This document shows, piece by piece, positions 55,527-64,000 of a DNA stretch of 64,000 bases (positions within the stretch are counted from its first letter, which is position 1; each line of letters begins with the position of its first letter). The stretch comes from an uncultured virus (IMG/VR IMGVR_UViG_3300044608_000911) (Duplodnaviria; Heunggongvirae; Uroviricota; Caudoviricetes), in IMG/VR virus record IMGVR_UViG_3300044608_000911; one strand, 5' to 3'. The notes under the pieces are model-generated. The model ran no database searches and was not told the DNA's origin. It worked only from the letters and a program-made list of their open reading frames with translations. A program made the translations under genes and the position numbers.

Positions 55527-56041
55527 AGGGGTTTCATATTTTTGTCAAGGATAAAAAATCGCTGATGCTTAAATGTAACTTCAGCAGTAATATATTCTAC
55601 ATCTGTCATTGTAGCATTGAATTCTAGACCAGACAATGACACTGGAAAAATATTCTCAAACGATACAATAAATGCGGGATTGTATGATGAAGTTACAATG
55701 TGTAGTTGAGCATTACTATATTCTTCTTTTGGTGGAGTATCGGCATCATCATCTGCTCTGCCATTCTGACGCATCCACTTATGAATTGAATAATAATTCT
55801 TTAGATCTTCATCAACAATAAATTGAACAGTAAAATCCCCAAAGGTGACACCACCTCCAGGGATAATAGGTAGGTTGCGAAATCTTGTCGCAAACTCTGT
55901 TGTTGGCATAGTGATATCAGGAACGTTTGCTCTTTGACAAAAGAAATCCGTTCCTTCAAATTTATCTAATTTCAAAAGATAACCAACTGGATTTAGAAAA
56001 TTCCTATTCCTTGGTTGATCCTTGTACCACTCAGCGGTCAT
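55523..56041 (-). CDS. g3: tail completion/tube terminator gp3
   Basis: NRNFL, FIVDEDLKNY, FPVSLS. Confidence 0.88.
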   Translation of the reverse strand: MTAEWYKDQPRNRNFLNPVGYLLKLDKFEGTDFFCQRANVPDITMPTTEFATRFRNLPIIPGGGVTFGDFTVQFIVDEDLKNYYSIHKWMRQNGRADDDADTPPKEEYSNAQLHIVTSSYNPAFIVSFENIFPVSLSGLEFNATMTDVEYITAEVTFKHQRFFILDKNMKPL

Positions 56042-56062
56042 GTCAACTTCCCAAGCTACTAG

Positions 56063-56242
56063 TTATTTATCCTTGAGTAGTTCTTCTATTCTGTGACGCA
56101 TGTTAGTGCTTTCCTGCTTCATATAATCTCTCAAAGAATATCCGCGTTTTCCTTTGAGGATACATGTTCCTTGATAGAACATAGTTGAAGCAAACACTAA
56201 CAACAAAACTATTCCTATTATTTCAGGGTAATGTTGAGCCAT
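56063..56242 (-). CDS. small membrane protein (59 aa)
   Basis: Not in ORF track; MAQHYPEIIGIVLLLVFASTMFYQG... Confidence 0.6.
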   Translation of the reverse strand: MAQHYPEIIGIVLLLVFASTMFYQGTCILKGKRGYSLRDYMKQESTNMRHRIEELLKDK

Positions 56243-56460
56243 GGTAGTAGTGGGGGAATGACGCCAATAAGTCTTAGAAGTCCTTCAGCAAATAAAGCAA
56301 GAACCACCCAACCAACGCACATAGAAATAATGGAAGCATTTCGATTGTGCTGTCGTATAGCAGCATCAATCATCTCCTGACATTCTTTCTGTGTTACTAG
56401 TTTTTCTGGTGATAATTTTTTCATACGATGTGCCATAATTGTTTTCCCATTCTGGTTCAT
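56218..56460 (-). CDS. small membrane protein
   Basis: IDAAIRQHNRNASIISMCVGWVVLALFAEGLL. Confidence 0.7.
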   Translation of the reverse strand: MNQNGKTIMAHRMKKLSPEKLVTQKECQEMIDAAIRQHNRNASIISMCVGWVVLALFAEGLLRLIGVIPPLLPWLNITLK

Positions 56461-56526
56461 ACATTGGGCATGGTTCTTCCATCAAGATGTTTATTTTTGC
56501 TCTTGCTACTCTTCTATACAAATCAT

Positions 56527-56712
56527 CTAAGACCATTCATCTTCCTCCTCTTCATCCCAGACAATATATGGACCATGCTGCATTTTTTCTAACTCTTTAG
56601 TTTTTGCCGCAAATGATGCTGTTTCTCCTATCCAAAGTGCTACCTTCATAACTAAAAAGATCACCGCTAACGGTGACAAGCATAATAGTAATATAATAGA
56701 AGATTGATTCAT
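56527..56712 (-). CDS. small membrane protein
   Basis: N-terminal TM, acidic tail. Confidence 0.6.
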   Translation of the reverse strand: MNQSSIILLLCLSPLAVIFLVMKVALWIGETASFAAKTKELEKMQHGPYIVWDEEEEDEWS

Positions 56713-56873
56713 TTGTGATATTCGTTTAGAATGTCTAAAATTCTATCTAAAGTGTAATTAGCACCATCATTCCAATCCTTACCTCTATCAGCAAAAATAC
56801 CATCATGTAATGCTGTCTTCATTTTATATACTCTTGCGAGCATGTCAACCTTACTCATCATTCCTCTTGGCAT
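56709..56873 (-). CDS. small hypothetical protein (54 aa)
   Basis: Not in ORF track; MPRGMMSKVDMLARVYKMK...LDILNEYHK; TAAATA upstream. Confidence 0.65.
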   Translation of the reverse strand: MPRGMMSKVDMLARVYKMKTALHDGIFADRGKDWNDGANYTLDRILDILNEYHK

Positions 56874-56903
56874 AACGTAACAAAAATGCTATTTACTATT
56901 TAC

Positions 56904-56930
56904 AAAAAAAAGGACCCTTTCGGGTCCCCT
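56904..56930 (-). terminator. terminator after gp23
   Basis: GGGACCC-GAAA-GGGTCC-T8. Confidence 0.85.
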
Positions 56931-56951
56931 GTGTGTTGAATTGTGAATGGA

Positions 56952-58379
56952 TCACATGAGGTTCTTAACAAGTACTCTTCTGTAGTACTGGTTGCGGTTT
57001 GCTGTGAGGGTCTCAGCATCTGGGGTTCCATTTGACTGGGTGACAAATGGGTTAGCAACCATTCCGTAACGGGTCTTAAAGCCAATCTTAGGTTGGAAGG
57101 TGTTAGGATCAATGCTGCGTAGCATCTGGAGGGGAACATATGGGCAGTAGAATAGTCCTGCGTCATATGGTGAAGAACCCTTATAACCAACAACGTAGTA
57201 GTGGTTGCTGGAAACGTTTGCCGAATAAGGATCAACATAGACCTTGATACGACCGTTCATGGTTCCTACTAGGAGGTTGCCAGTGTCATCAACTTCACCG
57301 ATGGAAGGACCACCAGCGCCTGATAGACCTGAAGAATAATCAAGGGTGCCGCTCATAGCGAGAGCAGAAGCAACATCAGCAGAAGTGATGATGAAGTTGC
57401 CCTTACCACGACGGGTTTGCTGAGCAATAGCGTTAGCATCGCGCTCAACTTGGAACATGAGACCCTTGAACTTCTCAACTGACCAGCGACCGTTTGAGTC
57501 AACGTCGAGGTCGAAGATACCAGCGTTAGCAACGTTGTTCTGAGCACCAGGCTTAGCAACGGTATAAACGGTTCTTACAACTTCACGGTTGATCTCAGCA
57601 AGGATTTCGCTGGAGAGTAGGTTAGCAAGTTCCTGCTCAGCATCAAGACCGTGGATTGCCTTAAGGTCTTGTGCGAGTTCTAGAGTGTACTCAGCCTTGA
57701 GTGCTCTGGTACGTGCTTGTACCGAAGTCTTCTCGATGCTGAAGCTCATTTCGTTGAAGAGAGCACCAGCGCCTGAACCTAGAATTTCAGCAGTCTCACG
57801 AGGAATAGCAGTTGAACCGCGCTCATAAGTGCCGCTGTCATTTAGGAGACCAGGGTTAGCATCAGTAGTGCCACCATCGCCTCTTGGGTGGGTGTCATCG
57901 CCACCAGCAGCGTTGGTCTGGTTATATACACCAGCACCAGTTGAAGAAGCAGAGAAGTTGCTATCAGGCTCGTTGTAGAGAGCTTCTGGACCAGCACGAA
58001 GAGCTGAACCATTTTCTTGATAGTGATACTTCATCGCAAAGATTAGTCCAGTAGGACCGCTCATTGGTTGAACACCGCAGATGTCATAAGCAACGAGGTT
58101 AGGCATTGCTCTGCGGATTAGGGAGATCATAACAGGATCGAAACCTGCGAGACCACCAGTTTGGGTTCCTAGTGCGCTACCCGAAAGTGCGTTGGAACCA
58201 ATAGCACCAACTGTGTTGGATGCTTCGTTGATCATACCACGCTCTTCGCGTAGTGCCTTTTCTGTGTTTTCTAACAGAACAGCGGTAACAGCCTTTCTAT
58301 AATTGTCCTTGATAGCGCCAGCGCCTTCATGACCTAGAACAGGTGACCACTTTTCGGTTAGAGCTTGTGCGTTAAACAT
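56952..58379 (-). CDS. g23: major capsid protein gp23
   Basis: LIRRAMPNL, CGVQPM, ELAQDLKAIHGLDAE, FYCPYVPL, GFKTRYG. Confidence 0.99.
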   Translation of the reverse strand: MFNAQALTEKWSPVLGHEGAGAIKDNYRKAVTAVLLENTEKALREERGMINEASNTVGAIGSNALSGSALGTQTGGLAGFDPVMISLIRRAMPNLVAYDICGVQPMSGPTGLIFAMKYHYQENGSALRAGPEALYNEPDSNFSASSTGAGVYNQTNAAGGDDTHPRGDGGTTDANPGLLNDSGTYERGSTAIPRETAEILGSGAGALFNEMSFSIEKTSVQARTRALKAEYTLELAQDLKAIHGLDAEQELANLLSSEILAEINREVVRTVYTVAKPGAQNNVANAGIFDLDVDSNGRWSVEKFKGLMFQVERDANAIAQQTRRGKGNFIITSADVASALAMSGTLDYSSGLSGAGGPSIGEVDDTGNLLVGTMNGRIKVYVDPYSANVSSNHYYVVGYKGSSPYDAGLFYCPYVPLQMLRSIDPNTFQPKIGFKTRYGMVANPFVTQSNGTPDAETLTANRNQYYRRVLVKNLM

Positions 58380-58417
58380 TTGTTTGCTCCGTTTGAAAAA
58401 TAGGTGTTAACGAATTA

Positions 58418-59578
58418 TCAGTTACCCCAGCGGTTGAGTGCTTGGAGGTATGCTGCCATTGCTGGTGATACTTCCTGACCCTCTACTGGAGTTTCATCTA
58501 CAGTCTCTACTGGGGTAGCGATTGACTCTTTAAAGTAAGACTCCTTGATGGTTTTTACCTTCGCGGCGAATGACTCTTCTGAGACAAACTCTAGACCTTC
58601 AGCAAGTGCTGCTAGTTTTTCTTTCTGAGTATCTGCTAGTCCTTCCGAAACAGTGTTCAGAATGTTGATTTTGGCAGTCTCATTCAGACGATTTTGTAGT
58701 TTCACATTAGCCTTAACCTGTTCGTCGAGGCGCTCTTCCATTTCACGAATTGATTCAGCCATACCTTCGACCACATCAACCTTGTCGTCGGGGATCGAAA
58801 TGTAGTGCTCTTCAAAGAGACCCTTAAGACCTGCGATGAAGTCTTCGGTAATCTCATTTCTGATACCACGGTCAATAGCTACTTGGTTCTCTTCCATCCA
58901 TTGACCGATGGCGTAGGTCACGGTGCCATTAACTTCTTCAGCAAGTTCGTTCTTGATTGCTTCAACTTGCTTATCTAGTTCGTTGGCAAAGTGCTCTACA
59001 AGCTTGTCATACTCTGAGTTGAGTTTTGCTGTTACTGCTGCTTCAAAGATTGTCTTTGCTTTCTCAGCAAACTCTTCTGAGAGTTCGGTGCCCTCAAGGA
59101 GAGCATTTACGTCGTCGGTCATGTCAATTTCAAATCCAGCTTTAATTGGATAAGTGACATTTCCGCCCATCTTAGTGATGCCGTATGCTGCGGCAACATT
59201 TACTGTTGGTTGAGTTCCTTGATCGCCAGCATCTTTCTTTGCTGCGAACTGAGGATCACCAGAAATTTGCGAGATAGGTGCTGCTGCTTTCGCACCTGGG
59301 TTCTCTTCACCATCTTCGTCATTAGAATGAAGAGGCGCGGAGGTTGAACCGCCTAGATCAGCAGGAGCTGATTGACCGATCGCAACAGAAGGTTGGACGG
59401 TAGGAGCAGGATCTTTGCCGCCAGCCTTCGCAGTCTGAACGTCAGAAACCTGTGAAGGGTCGCTTCCAGAGCCAGGAATTACAGAAGCTTGAACAGTTGG
59501 CATAGGATCGCCAGCTTCAAGAATCACCTTTTGCTCGGTAACGAACTCTTCAAACTTTTCGTTTAGCATATCTGACAT
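58418..59578 (-). CDS. g22: prohead core scaffold gp22
   Basis: LSEEFAEKAKTIFEAA, FEEHYI, KESYF. Confidence 0.93.
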   Translation of the reverse strand: MSDMLNEKFEEFVTEQKVILEAGDPMPTVQASVIPGSGSDPSQVSDVQTAKAGGKDPAPTVQPSVAIGQSAPADLGGSTSAPLHSNDEDGEENPGAKAAAPISQISGDPQFAAKKDAGDQGTQPTVNVAAAYGITKMGGNVTYPIKAGFEIDMTDDVNALLEGTELSEEFAEKAKTIFEAAVTAKLNSEYDKLVEHFANELDKQVEAIKNELAEEVNGTVTYAIGQWMEENQVAIDRGIRNEITEDFIAGLKGLFEEHYISIPDDKVDVVEGMAESIREMEERLDEQVKANVKLQNRLNETAKINILNTVSEGLADTQKEKLAALAEGLEFVSEESFAAKVKTIKESYFKESIATPVETVDETPVEGQEVSPAMAAYLQALNRWGN

Positions 59579-59629
59579 TTGAGTTTACCTCGTAATTTCC
59601 GTATAATTATTCTAAGTTTATTTATGAAA

Positions 59630-60274
59630 TCAAAGATTTGAGAGAAAATGCTCAAACACTTTGAGCGTTCTCGCTTCCATATTTTGACGAGTTGCCTCAT
59701 CAATATACTTGCGATATTTATCTACTTTCGCTTCCTTTAGAATTCCGTTGTCCCAAATCCACTCTTTTCCTTCCATGATGCCATTTACAAAAGCATCTGG
59801 TGCGGAAGGATCTGCTACAATATCAGCAGCGGTGGTTAGGAAGAAGTCATCGCGGACAATCGAGATATCCTCTCTCTTGTCAATACTTCCCATGCCACGA
59901 GAAGAAACACCAAGTTGTACTCCTTCACCAAGAAGTGACTTAGCAATCTGTCCCATGGGAGTATCTAGAATTTGTGCCTTGCCATAGAAGTTGTGTCCTT
60001 CTGCGCGGAGTTCAACAATTCTATGTGACACTCTATCAAGATTGATAGTAGGACCGTCTGGGTGTCCTAGTTCTCCAAGAGCTCTCTTTGACTTTACATA
60101 TTCTTCGTTGTATCTCTGAACCTCGCGGTTGAGAACATCGAAAGGATACATACGACCGTTGCGGTTCTTGAGTTCAGACTGAAGAAAAACTCCTTCAATA
60201 TAAAGAAGTTTCTTTCCGTTCTTTTCTTCTGTGAGAACTTTTACGTCCTCAATCTGTTCCGTTATCAGTTTCAT
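59630..60274 (-). CDS. g21: prohead protease gp21
   Basis: MKLITE, ALGELGHP, GVSSRGMGS, DIVADPSAP. Confidence 0.97.
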   Translation of the reverse strand: MKLITEQIEDVKVLTEEKNGKKLLYIEGVFLQSELKNRNGRMYPFDVLNREVQRYNEEYVKSKRALGELGHPDGPTINLDRVSHRIVELRAEGHNFYGKAQILDTPMGQIAKSLLGEGVQLGVSSRGMGSIDKREDISIVRDDFFLTTAADIVADPSAPDAFVNGIMEGKEWIWDNGILKEAKVDKYRKYIDEATRQNMEARTLKVFEHFLSNL

Positions 60275-60458
60275 CGGTTTCGGTTTCGGTTGGTTCGTCA
60301 AAGAATGTGTTTGCCACTACTTGCTTATATTGCGCCATAGCATCAGATGCTTTAGCAAATAGCATGTCGTGGATTGCGTCAATCGCAGATGCTCTGTCGT
60401 TATCGCTGATCTTGCCAACAATATCAACGGCACCCATTTCGTTATTAGTTTCAGTCAT
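60249..60458 (-). CDS. small prohead core protein (gp67/68 position)
   Basis: Position between gp20 and gp21, helical acidic protein. Confidence 0.7.
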   Translation of the reverse strand: MTETNNEMGAVDIVGKISDNDRASAIDAIHDMLFAKASDAMAQYKQVVANTFFDEPTETETDETDNGTD

Positions 60459-60477
60459 GATAAGATAACAATATATT

Positions 60478-62187
60478 TTATTTAGACTTTGGCGTAGGTT
60501 TAGGTTGCGCCTTCATCTTTTCCATCTCTCGATCTAGATTTGCGTCCGCAGCTTCTTGCTCTCTAGCAGCACTATCTTGTGCCTGAATATTTGAAATTTC
60601 TGGACTAAATGCTGTGTTTTGCTGTGACATAGTATCCAGCATATTTGTCTGTGCTGGATCAATCGCAAGACCAGATGCGATCTCTCCCTTCATCTGCTTA
60701 TCAATTTCCTTGAATTCTTTTTCAGTTTGATTGAGGATATGCTTACGGATATATTCAACAGAGAAGTATTTGCCAGCAAAAGGATCCATCTGTGTGACAA
60801 TAGCAATACGCTGTGTCATCATTTCAATTTCTTTCAGTTCGTTGAAATGATTATCAAATAAGAAGTCGTATTGGATATGCTCTTTCATATCATCCCAATC
60901 TTCTGGTGAGATGATACCCTTGAGAATTAGTTGTGTCTTGAGAATATCCTGGAATAGTTCGCTGAAACGCTTGCGGAGACGACCGATGAACTTAGCAAAT
61001 TTGAGTTCATCCCTGAGAACCTCTGTGGTCTTACCAAGATTAAACCCTTTGTTGTCATCCGTAAGGCGGGAAGGTGGTAGGTTTAGTGAGTTGTAAAGTT
61101 TCTTTTTGAAATACTCAACGTCCTTGAGTTCGCCAAGGTTTTGACCGCCTGGGAGTGTAGTGATCTCAGTTCCTCTACCGCCTTCACGACGAGGTAACCA
61201 GAAATCTTCAAGCATAGACATATGCTTTTTATCATCACGCATCTCTCCAGTTGAAGAATCATATACAAGTTTATTTCTGTAACGAGACATTACATCGCGG
61301 AGGTATTGCTCTGCTTTTACCTTTGGAAGATTGCCTACATCAATATAAAAAATTCTACGTTCTGGTGCGCGTGACAATCTGTAGATTACCAAACTATCTT
61401 CAATCATTCTCAGCTGATTGAGAGATTTGATTGCCTTATGGAGGAAGCTCAGCGTCATACGCTTATTGAGATCTTGTAGTCCAGAAGGAATAAAGGTGAC
61501 GCTATCAACTGCCATCTTCACTCCTTGTGAAAGTGACATGTCACCAATTGGTCCTAGGACACCACCTTGATAGAAACCTTTTGGATTGAACAAATAATAA
61601 TCTACAAATGTTCCGTACTCATACTCAAGTGCTGTTCCTTTGATGGCAGCACGAGCAAGAGAATCTTTTGGTTTATCATCAATCTTTTGACGAACCTTCT
61701 TGATCTTCATCGGATCAATATAACGAAGTTCCGTAATACCTTTCTTTGGGTTGTCTAGATCAATTACTTTGTGGTAGAATACTCTACCATCAATATACCA
61801 GTTACGCACAATCTCATGTGCGCGATTATCAAAATTTAAAAGTCTTTTGATATAATCAAATTCATTTCTAATTTTATTTTTTACTCCAGATCCAACATCT
61901 AGATTATCTAAGTTGATTTCTACTGGACTATCGTTAGCATCACTTACTACAAATTCATTCACAACTTCATCAATAGCACTATCAACTTCTGGGTGAAGTG
62001 CCATGTCACGATAACGACGGATCAACTCAAACTCATTACGAGCTTGAGAAGCATTATCCGTTTCTACATATGTTCCATAATAACCACCTGCCGCAACCGC
62101 AATCGGTTCGTCAGCAGAAGGAGGCACAGGGGACTGACCCTTCTGTGCCTCCTTTCGATTAATTTGGAAGCCAAATAGTTGACTCAT
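60478..62187 (-). CDS. g20: portal vertex protein gp20
   Basis: YRLSRAPERRIFYIDVGNLPK, EDFWLPRREGGRGTEI. Confidence 0.99.
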   Translation of the reverse strand: MSQLFGFQINRKEAQKGQSPVPPSADEPIAVAAGGYYGTYVETDNASQARNEFELIRRYRDMALHPEVDSAIDEVVNEFVVSDANDSPVEINLDNLDVGSGVKNKIRNEFDYIKRLLNFDNRAHEIVRNWYIDGRVFYHKVIDLDNPKKGITELRYIDPMKIKKVRQKIDDKPKDSLARAAIKGTALEYEYGTFVDYYLFNPKGFYQGGVLGPIGDMSLSQGVKMAVDSVTFIPSGLQDLNKRMTLSFLHKAIKSLNQLRMIEDSLVIYRLSRAPERRIFYIDVGNLPKVKAEQYLRDVMSRYRNKLVYDSSTGEMRDDKKHMSMLEDFWLPRREGGRGTEITTLPGGQNLGELKDVEYFKKKLYNSLNLPPSRLTDDNKGFNLGKTTEVLRDELKFAKFIGRLRKRFSELFQDILKTQLILKGIISPEDWDDMKEHIQYDFLFDNHFNELKEIEMMTQRIAIVTQMDPFAGKYFSVEYIRKHILNQTEKEFKEIDKQMKGEIASGLAIDPAQTNMLDTMSQQNTAFSPEISNIQAQDSAAREQEAADANLDREMEKMKAQPKPTPKSK

Positions 62188-62222
62188 GATTAGATATTCA
62201 AATTACTGCTTCCAACTATTTA

Positions 62223-62810
62223 TCAGACTACTGGGAGTGAAGATACGCCCTGTCTGGTTCCTGCCTCGGCAGTGAAGTACGAATATTGGAACTCAACTGT
62301 GAATTCTTCAATTTGATCATTGCTATCATAAGCAACATCAATTTGAGAAACATTGGTTGGGAAGCAATACTTGAGTGAGTATGTTCTCAAGATAGCACCT
62401 TCTTCGCTAGCATCTTTCTCTAGTTGCTTAACTCCAAGGTCAGCCATATAACCAGACGAATTGTTTGGAGTAAAGAGAGGAGCAGTGTTGCCCTCGTGAG
62501 TGTTGATGCTATTTGCCCACTGCTCAAAGAATGAGCGTAGTTTGAAGTCCTTATCGTTGAAGAAGGTGGCAGTCCAAGTATCAAAGGTGCGATCACCTGC
62601 GATCTTAACTGTTCTTCCACGGAAAGGAACTTCGATAACACCTAGGTTTGAACCTGGGAGTGCTGCTGACTTACAAAGTAGATTTGTAAGATTTTGATCT
62701 TCTGACTGCTTTGATAGCGTGGCAGGAAACTGAACATCAATCAGGAACATGTTGGGCTTCACGCCCTGACCGATAGTTTGTAGGAACTGACTTACGTTTG
62801 ACGATGCCAT
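62223..62810 (-). CDS. g19: tail tube protein gp19
   Basis: PFRGRTVKIAGDRTFDTW, IEEFTVEF. Confidence 0.96.
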   Translation of the reverse strand: MASSNVSQFLQTIGQGVKPNMFLIDVQFPATLSKQSEDQNLTNLLCKSAALPGSNLGVIEVPFRGRTVKIAGDRTFDTWTATFFNDKDFKLRSFFEQWANSINTHEGNTAPLFTPNNSSGYMADLGVKQLEKDASEEGAILRTYSLKYCFPTNVSQIDVAYDSNDQIEEFTVEFQYSYFTAEAGTRQGVSSLPVV

Positions 62811-62847
62811 TAGTGGTTACCTCTGTGATTTTTTCTTATACTACTAA

Positions 62848-64000
62848 TTATCTACCAACGACTTCCGAGAAGGAAACGCCCGTTCTGGTTGCCGTTACGG
62901 TAACCGTTACATAGTTGATTGAGCGGGTTGGCTTGAGGTAGAGTTCAGCCACAAACTCATTTCTATCAATGACTTCTGGGGTATTGTTTGTTTCATCGCA
63001 AACAACAAGGAAGTCAGTGACACCTCTACGTGCTTGAACTTCTGCTAAGTAAGAAGAAATTGAAGCGGTGAAGTTTGAACGAGTGGTGCTATCGTTTTGC
63101 TCAAAGAGTACTCCTTCAGCAAGTGCTTTTGCTCTCTTCTCAACATTGAGGAACAAACGACGAACGTTAATTCTATCAAATGCGGAAGGTGAAGCAAGAC
63201 CAGTCTTGTCTCCAAAGAGAACAGGACCAGAACCAGGAAGTGAAACGATTGGGTTAATTCTGTTGCTGTAGAGATCATCTCTTGCTGCTTTGTTTGGATT
63301 GAAAGCAAGCTTCACAACATTTTGAACACCCCCACGATTTAGACCAGCTGGTGAGAACCAGTCATCTAGAATTGCCGAGGTTGAAACACAAAGTCCAGCA
63401 ACATCACCGTTACAACCGATGTAACGATACTTATCGTTGAAACGATCATAGGTGTATTTGATACCACTATCTAAAACAACATAGGAGCTAGAAGCAATGT
63501 TGTCAAAGAAAGCGATGGTATTTGAAAGTTGGGTAGATGCTGTAATAGCAGCACCTCCAGAAGTAGCTACCTGATTACCAACATATGGTGAGAGGAAAGC
63601 GACACAATCTTTTCTGCTATTTGCGACAGCAGCAACTGCTTGTGCCTTAGCAATTGTATCAACTTCATTACTCATTGAACCACCCATTAGAACAAAGTCA
63701 ATTTGGGTTTCTTCTGTATCAAGGAAAGTATCATATGCTGCTTGAATTTCTCCAGCAGTGTAAGCATAATCATCAAGACCACCTGATAGAGTTCCGCCAG
63801 CAGTTTGAAGAATTCTTGACAATTCTTTTGGAGCACCTGAAGTTGCTGCGTATGAAGCAGCAGTTCCACCAGGATTTTCACCAGCAGTTGTGATTTCAGC
63901 AGAAGTCAATTCTTGACCAGCATAGATGTAGTTTGAAAACTCATTGATTGCTGACTTCCAGTATGTTGAATTTCCTTCTGGTGACTTAGCATCAGAGATC
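62848..64000 (-). CDS. g18: tail sheath protein gp18 (5' part outside window)
   Basis: WFSPAGLNRG, FGDKT, FDRINVRRLF, NNTPEVID; frame open to window edge. Confidence 0.97.
   Translation of the reverse strand, partial: ISDAKSPEGNSTYWKSAINEFSNYIYAGQELTSAEITTAGENPGGTAASYAATSGAPKELSRILQTAGGTLSGGLDDYAYTAGEIQAAYDTFLDTEETQIDFVLMGGSMSNEVDTIAKAQAVAAVANSRKDCVAFLSPYVGNQVATSGGAAITASTQLSNTIAFFDNIASSSYVVLDSGIKYTYDRFNDKYRYIGCNGDVAGLCVSTSAILDDWFSPAGLNRGGVQNVVKLAFNPNKAARDDLYSNRINPIVSLPGSGPVLFGDKTGLASPSAFDRINVRRLFLNVEKRAKALAEGVLFEQNDSTTRSNFTASISSYLAEVQARRGVTDFLVVCDETNNTPEVIDRNEFVAELYLKPTRSINYVTVTVTATRTGVSFSEVVGR

Noticed and set aside
1..64000. CRISPR array, DGR/reverse transcriptase, integrase or genetic-code reassignment
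   Set aside because: No repeat-spacer array, RT or recombinase seen; core genes are intact in the standard code, all three stops are used and no suppressor tRNA is present.

Overview
64 kb segment of a T4-like cyanomyovirus (Kyanoviridae-type Synechococcus/Cyanobium phage), almost entirely coded on the minus strand. Reading from the right end: tail sheath/tube and head genes (gp18, gp19, gp20, gp21, gp22, gp23), gp3, uvsY, uvsW, late sigma gp55, gp47/gp46, a peptidase-VWA + CobS-like AAA pair, clamp/clamp loader (gp45, gp44, gp62) interrupted by speD, a RimK-family ATP-grasp ligase and a Dam methylase, then regA, hsp20, DNA polymerase gp43, uvsX, gp41, mazG, a PD-(D/E)xK-like nuclease, a ligase-like + cytidylyltransferase pair, primase, nrdA/nrdB and three tandem cell-wall enzymes. 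Next come a six-tRNA region with a host-type SLH porin, an orphan Phd/YefM-like gene and tandem pseudoknot RNA elements, then a tail-fibre module and a photosynthesis/redox module (hli x2, petF, peroxiredoxin, psbA, psbD, glutaredoxin). The two most intriguing unexplained items are (1) the only plus-strand operon (4.7-6.8 kb), which encodes two paralogous secreted beta-rich proteins, a putative outer-membrane channel-like protein and a Pro-rich membrane protein, a candidate phage-encoded envelope/appendage system, and (2) four tandem stem/A-rich/UGGY RNA units, two of them clear H-type pseudoknots, flanking a small CA-repeat-led gene next to an orphan antitoxin and tRNAs, a candidate anti-toxin/decoy island. 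All family assignments are by eye from motifs; no database searches were run.
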